A stretch of 38,603 bases of DNA, taken from the NCBI GenBank assembly GCA_030141605.1, contig JAQGDQ010001484.1, forward strand, positions 1 to 38,603, given 5' to 3'. The position numbers and the translations under genes were made by a program. Source of the stretch: Tubiluchus corallicola. Lineage: Eukaryota; Animalia; Priapulida. Below, in pieces: positions 12,683 to 23,317 of the stretch. The notes under the pieces were generated by a model, which saw only the letters and a program-made list of their open reading frames with translations, did no database searches and had not been told where the DNA came from. The first letter of the stretch is position 1; the number at the start of each line of letters is the position of its first letter.

Positions 12683-14894
12683 TCAAGGCCAAACATTTCC
12701 TCTATCACAGCGGCTGCAAACACACGTGTCTCCTCTACAGTAGCCAGTAGCGCAGTTTTGAACCATGCAAGATAAAATACAAGCTGTTCTACCACCATCT
12801 GGAATAAAAAGAAAATTAAATTGTAAATAAGCCTTTTCACAGTTTCGTTGTGCGCACGCACAGTTGCTGTAGGTCAAAGGTTAAGTGTACCAGAGCAACG
12901 CGTCTTAACTACAACTGTCACGTGACAAAGTTTGTTACGTTATAGTGTCTTACAACTTTAGTGTTTATTAATTAATCAATGAATTATTTACTAGTTACTT
13001 ACAGGGGCATGACAAACCACGCTTTACTCGTTCATGGTCGACTGGCACTTCCTCATCTAAACAAATAAAGATTATTAAAACATTCTTACAATTGCGATAA
13101 ATATTTCAGTTTAAAGATACGAATATAATTAATGTTTCTTTTTACTTAAACGCATCATAGTATAAGGAAAATGTACTCAGTTTGCAAATGTTTCTGCTGT
13201 TTGACGAATGTTTTGTTACTATTTCATTAGTATGGACTCTGAAGTCTAATGCACTTCTCGTAACCTATAAGGTGTATGTCAGACCAATTATGGAATATTG
13301 CTTCCCTGGCTGGTCTCCATCCCATTACGGCGAGCTGGAACATGTTCAAAGATCTTTCACAGGTAGAGTTTTCTATAGATGTATTTGAAACTACGTATTT
13401 TACCCCGAAAGGCTTAAAACTTACTAGGCTTAGAATCTCTTGAAGAAACACATCTAAAAAACGATCTAGTCATATGTTATAATGTCGTACACAAAGAAGT
13501 GGATTTAGCCTCTGACATGTTAGTCGTGCAATAACCGACAACATGGGGGGGGGGGCGGGGGAATCCTCCCCTAAAATAATACGTTCGACGTGTTTCCAAA
13601 ACTGATTTTGCTCATTATTTTTCTACATTATTTTGCTATTATACAAATTGTAATTGTATAGTACTTATATGGAATTCCTTACCATCTTATATAAATGGAC
13701 ATCTTTTAGTAACTGCCAGTAATAGCAAATTATTTCGGAAATGTTTAAATGCGTTGGATTTGTGTTACGATAAGCACATGTAAGCAAATTTCATTGTGTA
13801 ATATTACTTTATTTAGAATATCCTGTAATGTTGTGAATCATCGTAAGGCGCACTTAAGCAGTGTATTTCTGTACGTCTCTTCCGTACCTTATGATTATTT
13901 AATTGATTGATAATGATTCAATTTCTTGTGGGTGTCAAATAAACTAAACAAAACTAAGTAACACTGACGAAACTTCCAGTTTAGTGTTTCTTTCTTCCTA
14001 TGTGTGGCGCTGCACACATGTTTCACAAATTACGCAGTAAACATTTGGGTACTCTAGTTTCGCGCAGGGTGGTGCATTGTTAATACAGTAGGGGAAGTAT
14101 TTTCTTTTCTGTATACACCGTTCTAGTTCGTACCATGCCCAAATATGCCCAGACATCAGTAGATCAGAAACGTTGTGACGGGGGTGGGGTGCAGGGGGGG
14201 GGGCAATTGGCTCCTTACAAGCGTTTCTCTAAGGGCGCTAACTTTGTACAGAGAGCACCAAAAAGGAAGGAAAAATTGCAAAACAAACATGTCTAGAAAA
14301 CCCTGATTATTTTTAGTTAGTTGCCATATCTTAATAAATTACTATCATAAATCGTGACGTTACAAAATTCATTGCTGTAGTTTATTTCTAAGCTGAAATA
14401 ATTTACTTTTAAGTTTAGTTGTGTGCTACAGCCGCTGCAGTCGATTACTGTGTGAGCACGGCTTTATTTTTGCCTTTTTTTTTCGCAAAGTTGCTCTCTA
14501 GTCACCTTTTCATTACATTGTACGTAGGTGTTAGCACCATGGTATTGAACACATGTACTATTATTCTATTATCCAAAGAAATTTATTAAAGAATGGTAGC
14601 TTCCTTAATGGTTAGATGCACTCCGCTAGCTCTTCTAGCTGTGAAATTGGAGTGGGAGCTACTTCACTCTTCACCCCTCTGTGTAAAACCTTGCACAACG
14701 CCATGCATTGGTAATTAACTTACTGCAATAAAAGCTACTGGTGTATATTCGATGGTATTAATCATATGTAACTACCATTATTATTATAAAAGTAAATTTA
14801 ACAACATTAAAATACCTGCATTGTGTACAGCTTTGGCACGAGTGAGCACAGCTACGACAGCCAGAACGGCTAATACGGCAAAGAGCTTGTTCAT
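12683..14894 (-). CDS. ASABF-like 8-Cys CS-alpha-beta defensin precursor B, 3 exons join(14894..14816,13056..13003,12798..12683), 82 aa
   Basis: Spliced product MNKLFAVLAVLAVVAVLTRA-KAVHNADEEVPVDHERVKR-GLSCPYGGRTACILSCMVQNCATGYCRGDTCVCSRCDRGNVWP*. First two exons are the same size as in A (79, 54 nt) with the same GT-AG sites; frame intact; furin site RVKR before the 43-aa mature peptide. Confidence 0.92.
13230..13957 (+). mobile_element. Decayed CR1/L2-group LINE 3' end in intron 1 of gene B
   Basis: Same post-RT motif as at 10096, continuing WNSLPSYINGHLLVTASNSKLFRKCLNALDL to a stop, then a 3' UTR ending AATAAACTAAACAAAACTAA. Confidence 0.82.
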
Positions 14895-15109
14895 TTTCAA
14901 TGTAAGATCACGTCAGAGTAGTGAGTGAATACAGCAACCTATGGTAAAAGTTTAATAATTTTTGATTAGTGAATTTAGGATCATCTTTGTGGAGAAACAG
15001 CAAGATATTCAAGCCCACAAGTGTACATTAAACTGTTACTAGAAAAATTATGTATTCGAGAATAAGAAAACTTGAACGGATAAAATTTCCAGTTGGTTAA
15101 TAAGTTCAG

Positions 15110-15778
15110 AGGGTAAGTAAGTACGAAATTAAGTGAATAAGTTAAGTAAGTAGATAGGTAGGTAGGTTGGTACATAGGGAGGTAGGCATTTAGGTAGGTA
15201 GATAGGTAGGTAGGTAGGTAAGTAAGTAGGTAGGTTGGTAGGTAGGTAGGTAGGTAGGTTGGTAGGTTGGTAAGTAGGTAGGTTGGTTGGTAGGTAGGTA
15301 GGTCGGTAAGTAGGTAGGTTGGTAGGTAGGTTGGTAAGTAGGTAGGTTGGTAGGTTGGTAGGTTGGTAGGTAGGTAAGTAGGTAGGTAGGTAAGTAGGTA
15401 GGCAGGCAGGCAGGCAGGCACGCAGGCAGGCAAGTAGATAGGTATGTAGGTTGGTACATAGGGAGGTAGGTATTTAGGTAGGTAGATAGGTAGGTAGGTA
15501 AGTAGGTAGGTAGATTGGTAGGTAGGTTGGTAGGTAGGTAGGTGGGTTGGTAGGTAGGTAGGTTGGTAGGTAGGTAGGTGGGTTGGTAGGTAGGTAGGTA
15601 GGTAGGTAGGTAGGTAGGTAGGTAGGTAGGTAGGTAGGTAGGTAGGTAAGGAAGCAAGCAAACAAGTAAGTGAGTGAGTGAGTGAGTGAGTGAGTGAGTG
15701 AGTGAGTGAGTGAGTAAGTAAGTAAATAAGTAAGTAAATAAGTAAGTGAGTAAGTAATTAAATAAGTAAGTAAGTAAT
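15110..15778. repeat. Compound tetranucleotide microsatellite (AGGT)n/(AGGC)n/(GAGT)n/(AAGT)n
   Basis: Seen directly; source of the PTYL-repeat ORFs. Confidence 0.96.
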
Positions 15779-16702
15779 TTATCAGCTTTTAATATAATAT
15801 GTAAAAGCTAGTACTAACGTGACACGACAATTAGGGCAACTAAGATCCATAGTCAATAAATTTTTACTGAAACGAAACATTTTAGTGTATTTTCAGTATG
15901 AACCATAACGTGTCACTAGCATTTTATAATAGCAAGCAATATGTTTCTTCATGTGCAGAACAGAGAAAATACTTTAATTAGCCCTTTCACAAGAAGTAGT
16001 TTGATATTCCAACCACAAATTCATTTTTGAACGCCGTGCTGAGGGTTTAACTACTATAAACAGTTTGTGTTATAAAAACTAATCATAAATACGTGTAACA
16101 AAATTAAGCTGTGATATTAAAATTAAGCTATGATATTTAACAGACTTACCGTAGACTCTTTTCAGCACTTGAGCTTTGACTTTTGTAAAAACCTTCACAG
16201 TGACTTGAAAGATCCATGATCTTGGGGTCCCTTTTATGCTTGTAGAACGTCCTGTTTGGGGGAAATTACCCTGCTGTTACTTCGAGGAAGAGACAATGCG
16301 GCCATATTTACAATCTAGTCGGACATCCTTGTTTTTCCTGATGTTCATCCGAAAATTCACAGACTTTTAGTAAAATTATGCCTACCACGTAATTGAAAAC
16401 CTCTCAGAGACGGGGGAATTCTCCAGGCTGCGGGATTTACCATCCATCCTGTTCCTAGAAGTGAAAACTACAACACGTGTTTTTCTCTCGTATAAAGTTA
16501 CAGGGATTTCAATTTCAAAACGTTAGTAAAATCCCGGTGAAAAGTACAACGTAATACTGTTTAATAGACCGTATTAGGAGACACGACACAAAAGTTTTTT
16601 TTTAAATTATATCAAATTTCATTGCAGTAAAAACAAAATTCAAACTACGCAAAGTCCCAATTAGGAGTGTGCAATCGATAATAATTCACCACGGATGAAC
16701 AG

Positions 16703-17055
16703 TTAAAAGAAAACAGGATGATTTTTCATATACTACCCCATTTTCAAGTACGGTAAAAAGTATACATTTTAACACAATTAATACAGTAAAAGCGTTTCTG
16801 ATAATTAAATAATAGATTAAAATCTTTATTAACGGCGGGCGAGCCCAACTGTTGATGACATCACAAACTAACGTAATTTTTAACAGCAAAGATATTCTAC
16901 GAGCATGTTCCACGTGTTTGCAAAAGTGAAAATTGAAGTACAAGTACTACTGTAAGATAGTCAGTGCGTTGTACTAAAATTTGGCAAGTTTTAAGAGAAA
17001 AATTCAAATTTCAAAGTTACCGCTGTGCTCACGCATCGGCTGTCGGACGTGTGTG
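16703..17055. mobile_element. Kolobok/T2-type MITE, single terminal arm
   Basis: Starts TTAA-AAGAAAACAGGATGATTTTTCATATACTACCCCATTTTCAAG and matches the arms of the element at 23318-24284. Confidence 0.8.
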
Positions 17056-17166
17056 TATTGTAATAAAATTACATAAGCTTGTTACGTTTTACACAGTATT
17101 ACAGCAATTGCTAAAAAATGTTAATTTTGCATCACCCCCACTAATTTTAGCTACGAGCCGCCACTG
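17056..17166 (+). mobile_element. hAT MITE right-end fragment
   Basis: Ends CTAATTTTAGCTACGAGCCGCCACTG, identical to the right end of 21066-21585. Confidence 0.8.
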
Positions 17167-17218
17167 ATCTTAGGAAATAATACGTGCACTCCTAGAAAGA
17201 AGCTGCAAAGGTCACGTT

Positions 17219-17507
17219 ATGATGATGATGATGACGACGACGACGACGACGACGACGACGATGATGATGATGATGATGACGATGACGATGATGATGAAGA
17301 CGATGATGATGACGATGATGATGATGACGATGATGATGACGATGATGACGACGACGACGACGATGATGATGACGATGATGATGATGATGACGACGATGAA
17401 GACGATGATGATGACGCTGATGATGACGATGATGATGACGATGATGATGATGACGATGACGACGATGATGATGACGATGATGATGATGATGATGATGATG
17501 ACTATGA
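17219..17507. repeat. (GAT/GAC)n microsatellite
   Basis: Seen directly; source of the poly-His and poly-Met ORFs. Confidence 0.96.
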
Positions 17508-18234
17508 TAAGTCTTTGTTAGCCTGTTTTCCCCAGCAAACATTTTTGTACAAACATTATACATAGATAGAGTGAACTCTACAATATTACATGTTACGCAT
17601 TCTGTAATTAGCTTTTTTAATGGTGCGTGTAACATTATTTACAGTGAAGTTAAACAAGAGATTTTAAAGTGAGTGCTAAAATCTAGGTTATTAAGGAAGC
17701 AAGTTTCCTGTCTAGTAAAATAAAAATGCAGTTAAATTATTAAACTAAATTATAAAATCCCCAATTTAATACTTAAGATCACAAAGAGTTTCAATCAATA
17801 ATCTGGAAAACTTCACAAATTTAAGCCCTGTTTTGCTAAAATTTAGCAGCAAGATCTTAAAATGAAAGGGTCACTTACAAAGCCATTTAGTGCCAATATT
17901 AAATTTTCATTTTTCATGCAATACGCAAGAATAAAGTTCTCATTTCCCAGTTCATTTAGTAATATCGCCTTATTCTTATATGGACATATCGTTAGGAGAA
18001 ATGTCTACTAGAGGAAACGTAGCGGATGTATTTCAGTTGTTTTACTACTTTCCGGTGTTGTACGTCAATCTGTTACCATCTGAAAAGCTGTAAGCAAAGA
18101 CTGTAGAATATTCGTGCATTGTTGATTATTGGTGGGTTTGTCATAGCACACAGTTTCAATTTTGTACAAAATATTTTACGTGGTTTCGGTGCGCTGCTGT
18201 AGTGTGTTGTAGTGTAACGTCATAGTCAGTCTGA

Positions 18235-18957
18235 CCTTATCTCGTTTTGTCTTGTCTTGTGTCGTGTCGTGTCGTGTCTTGTCTTGTCTTGTCTTGTCTT
18301 GTCTTGTCTTGTCTTGTCTTGTCTTGTCTTGTCTTGTCTTGTCTTGTCTTGTCTTGTCTTGTCTTGTCTTGTCGTGTCGTGTCGTGTCGTGTCGTCTCGT
18401 GTCGTGTCGTGTCATATCGAACCGAATTGTGTCGCATCGTATCGTACCGTACCTTGTCCTGTCTTGTCTTGTCTTTTCGTATTGTATCATATCGTATCGT
18501 ATCGTATCGTATCGTATCGTATCGTATCGTATCGTATCGTATCGTATCGTATCGTATCGTATCGTATCGTATCGTATCGTATCGTATCGTATCGAATCGT
18601 ACCTTACCTTACCTTACCTTACCTTACCTTACCTTACCTTACCTTACCTTACCTTACCTTACCTTGCCTTACCTTGCCTTGCCTTGCCTTGCCTTACCTT
18701 ACCTTACCTTACCTTACCTTACCTTACCTTACCTTACCTTACCTTACCTTACCCTACCCTACCCTACCCTACCCTACCCTACCCTACCCTACCCTACCCT
18801 ACCCTACCCTGCCCTACCCTACGCTACCCTATCCTATCCCATCCTATCCTATCCTATCCTATCCTATCCTATCCTATCCTATCCTATCCTATCCTATCCT
18901 ATCCTATCCTATCCTATCCTATCCTATCCTATCCTATCCTATCTTATCTTATCTTGT
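18235..18957. repeat. Serial pentanucleotide microsatellite (GTCTT, GTCGT, ATCGT, ACCTT, GCCTT, ACCCT, ATCCT)
   Basis: Successive blocks of related 5-mers. Confidence 0.97.
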
Positions 18958-19816
18958 CAAAGTTAGTATCTATTTCTAAAACACGCTTCAAAACCTTTTT
19001 AATTGAAAAAACTTTAAACTGTAGTTACGTAATTAAATTAATTTAAACTGGATTTCCAGTATATCCTACATTTTATCTGTAGATTTATATTATATGTATT
19101 ATTTAACTATGCTCTTTTGTTTTTAGTGTAGTGTATAATTTTTAAGTTCATTATGATGTATTCTTACTCACACTTTTTATCTATTTTTGACTATAAAACC
19201 CTACAGCATTTAATGGATTTGAAGCGAGTAAATTATTATTATGAATTATGATTATAACGTAGTATGGTTGTGTTAACAGTTGTTGTTGTCAGCTTATCCA
19301 CATTTTTTTTCAGAGTTCGCGTTTGTCAGATTAAGAATGAGATACTGAACGAAGTTTATCGTTGTTGCGTGACTTGTTTAAAGATGTCATATGTTTAGCA
19401 AGTTGTGTGATTCAATGCTGATTAAACGCTTTCATTGATTTTCATGACTAAAAACAATTTACTCCTTTATTTTGTTTGCAAATTTAAACTGAAAACTTTG
19501 AAAATATTTACAAAATTTCGTATGGAGACTTACTATTTATATAAAAATTTACTAATTTTGTACAAACGTGTGCGTGTTGTAAATTACTGAACATCGTTAA
19601 TCAAATTTTGCCAAACTTGAATACGAGTTTTAAATAAGTTTTTGTCAATGAGTGGTTCCATTGCCCAAGGAATTAAAAACAAAACGACTCGAAATCAACA
19701 CGTGGTAACATAGCCAATCCAACCAATCCAATCTAACCAGACGCTTCTATGTGACGTCACTTCATTGTTTCTCGTTTGTTAAACTATACTGGTTTGAAAT
19801 TAACTTTGGCCAGTTT

Positions 19817-20307
19817 CTGTGGCAGCTCGGATATACTGCGGAACTGCAGCACCCCCTATCTTTACTCAACATTATCGACAATATTCAATGTAAAAAGTCT
19901 TTTTTTCTTTAGTTCTTCTTTATACTTGCATGGAACCAGAGCATGTGGGGGTAGTATTGTTTGCTTCACAACCCAGCACAGTGGTGTGTTTGGCTGTTGT
20001 GCGCATGTCTGAGATAACAAGCTATACACTGCACTGCTGCTACTTGTTGCTAGGTAGAGAAAGTACTGTCGATCACACAGTTTGTTGTCAGTTGTCACGT
20101 GCTTAAAATCGGTAAGGCAATTTAGGCAATTCGTAAGCAAAAAATTTTTTTAGTTTAGGATTTTATTAAGTTCATGATTAAAAGTTTCGTATGTTTGTTT
20201 GTTTAAAATTACAACATTAAAATGAGACATGTTTGTTTCCTTTTACACAATACTAAAACTCTTCTGAGGCAGCTCCCCCCACTCATTTTAATTACAAGAA
20301 GCCACTG
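19817..20307 (+). mobile_element. hAT-type MITE, copy 1
   Basis: Degenerate TIRs CTGTGGCAGCTCG...GCCACTG and a perfect 8-bp TSD GCCAGTTT (19809-19816, 20308-20315); homologous along its length to 21066-21585. Confidence 0.9.
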
Positions 20308-21065
20308 GCCAGTTTATATCGAACGTCTTTCTATACAGACGCCTTTGGAGACCAATGATTTCATTTTTTGAGGAACCTTGACTGTGTACTATTCCGAATT
20401 GTACAAGAATACAGATTCTACATGTGAGAAATCAGCAGGAAGACAACTGATCAAGACGGATGTTCTGACGTATCCAAAATTACGTCATGCAAATGTTACT
20501 TATTTTGGTGAAGGTTCTCAATACATTATACATGACTTCTTCGAAGAAACTATCATTTTTCCAGAAACGTGAAATAACATTTCGTTAGAAATTAAAGTGC
20601 TTCTGTAAACGCAATTTGACTTTTCGAAAAAACAGTTTCTTTTTTACCCTAATGATGCTTCCGATTGAAAGATTATTATTATAATACCTGCGCGTATTAA
20701 TATTGTTAATTGTTGTAAAATACTTTTAATACGTTTAATTAATTAAATTACTACAAAATTTCAAGGGCTTCCCAGAAAAAACAGGGACTTTCAATGTATT
20801 CACTCAGATATAAAGTTTTGTTTTTCACATTCATACGCAACACTCAAGCCGGATTAGGACCTCAAGAGCCCCTATAAGTACTGAAAAGATTAAGATACCT
20901 GAATGTGAAATTCAGAATAACAACAATACTAAACTGAAAAATTAAATTTTACTTATGAAATGGAAAAAAAACTTGCAGTACGAATTATTTGCAGTAAGCG
21001 CTAGGGCATCAGCTTTTACATTGTGTTGAAAAGTCAATGTTGTTAGATTAAAAATAAGAAATGAC

Positions 21066-21585
21066 CAATGGCGGCTCGTGTATAGGTTCTGTGGAACTGC
21101 AGCACCCCCTGCGATATTATCGGTAACATTCAGTATGATAACTCTCTTTTCTTTAGTTTTTTCGTTATAATTGTATGGAACCAGAGCACGTGAGGGTAGT
21201 ACTGTTTGCTTCACAGTCCAGTACACTGCGCTCCAGCAATTCGGTGTTTTGCTGTTGTGCGCATGCGGCCATGTGTACATGTCTGAGCCCAGGTAGAGAA
21301 AGTACTGTCACTCACACAGTTTGTCGTCAGTTGTCACGTGCATACCGTGAATGGATCAAGCCTGAACTCCGACAATTTAGACTATTAGCAAGCAAAAAAT
21401 ATTATTTTTTGTTTAGGATTTATCAAGTTTATGTGTAAATTTTCATATGTTTGTTTGTTTGTTTAAAATTTCAAGTTACAACATTAAAATTACGTATGCT
21501 TGTTTTGTTTTACACAATATTAAAGCCTTTGCTAAAAATTTTCTGAAGCAGCACTCCCCCTAATTTTAGCTACGAGCCGCCACTG
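21066..21585 (+). mobile_element. hAT-type MITE, copy 2
   Basis: TIRs CAATGGCGGCTCGT / ACGAGCCGCCACTG; 8-bp TSD GAAATGAC / GAGATGAC (7/8). Confidence 0.9.
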
Positions 21586-22557
21586 GAGATGACTCTAGAT
21601 CTTATAAAGGGGCAGAAATTCAGCATATCTTCATGACAACTGGATACCAATAAACACAGAGCAGCTTATTACAAAAGATCAGTATAATATTTCAGTGAAC
21701 GAAACTTGTTCGAACAAACAGTCCAAACATTTTCATTTCTTAAGGAAATTGGTATGTCGCTTATTGTACCGAGTACGCGATTGTAGTATTATGTGATTGA
21801 TTTAATTGTCAGTCTACTACACTTAGGTACTGAATTAGTCTATGCTGCCATCTACAGTCGTTGTTTTACTCTAATTATACAAAGTTTGTCAGAGATTGAT
21901 TTTTGTTTCTAAATATTGTTTCATTTTGCTTTGATAGATATTCATTATTCAGAGTAATTAAATTGTTAATTTCATGCTTTAATTCTGGTTCTATCTCTCT
22001 TATTCAAGTTTATATGGAGAAAAATTATAACATTATAACACAGCTTTCTGTAAACCAATAATCTTTATTCTGCTATCAAAGAAGCCAAGTAGACTTTGAT
22101 TTTGGTTTAACTAGTAGTCTGTAGAGTATAGGTGACCTTTCCATTTATGGTCTGTATGCATGAATATGATGGACCTTCCAATAGGAACTTGTATGTCTGG
22201 TCATGTGATTACACCTTTATTTTCTCAGGCATGCAAGTTTCAGTTGATCTAGAGACAGCATTGAGAAAGGATGCAAAATTTCTACTGTAAAATATTATAT
22301 TGCTAACTTTATGACTGTTTGTTCAATTTTGTGATTGAGGTGAACATTGTATACGTTTTACAATAAAATGATTGCACATTTGTACATGGTATGAGTGAAA
22401 AATAAAAAATACTTTGTTTTTTCTACAGAAATGGATGTTAGCTATCAAATATGTACATATAATCTATCCACGCCCGTCATATTGTAAACAAACACAGAAA
22501 CTGCCAAGCATATTCCTGTATATCTTACTTTTGGGTAATTATTCGATTTGGAAAAGG

Positions 22558-22562
22558 TCTCT

Positions 22563-22600
<38 letters not shown>

Positions 22601-22640
22601 CTCTCTCTCCCCCCTTCCTCTCTCTCTCTCTCTCTTTCTT

Positions 22641-22704
<64 letters not shown>

Positions 22705-22790
22705 TCCCTCTCTCTCTTTCCCTCTCCCTCTCCCTCTCTTCCTCTCTCTCCATCTTCCTCTCTCTTTCTTTCTCTCTCCCTACCGGGCTC
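22558..22790. repeat. (CT)n imperfect microsatellite
   Basis: Seen directly. Confidence 0.95.
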
Positions 22791-22900
22791 CTCTTCCCTC
22801 GAGCCCCTATTAGCATGTACCTCATTTTGCTTAAAGGTTAATCCAAGGCTAGCAGCACTAATTACATTTGTGTCCAAATTCAACTAAGAAAGGCCAATGA

Positions 22901-23046
22901 ACTAATATAATAATGCAGGCATTACATCTTGTATATAAGACTAATCAAATAATATAGGTATCATAATCAGGTATATAAGGTTAATATAATAATATAGGTA
23001 TCATAATCAGGTATATAAGGTTAATATAATAATACAGGTGTCACAA
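22901..23046. repeat. 40-bp minisatellite, ~3.5 copies
   Basis: AATATAGGTATCATAATCAGGTATATAAGGTTAATATAAT exact at 22951-22990 and 22991-23030, with degenerate flanking units. Confidence 0.88.
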
Positions 23047-23317
23047 CCATAAAGGACACGGCACAATAGTACAGGTTGTTTCATAAATTCCTCACTGATT
23101 TGATTTTCAATTTTCTTTTCGGTTATATCGGGTAGGGATAGTTTTCCGAAGTTTTCCGAAATTTTCCGAAGTTTAAACTACATTGATATTGGAGGCAAGA
23201 ACCCAACAAAGTTGATATTTCACATTCTTATGTTGCATTATATTGGCTTTCGTCTGCGAAAGTTACACGTTTATAGCTTTAGTGGTTTTTAAGTTGTTTC
23301 CAAAAACCTTTTGCATC

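Larger units (their letters stand above)
11821..15074. repeat. Tandem duplication unit B
   Basis: Colinear with 8760-11778, apart from a B-only 757-bp segment (13718-14474) and the absence of A's 11005-11649. Confidence 0.93.
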
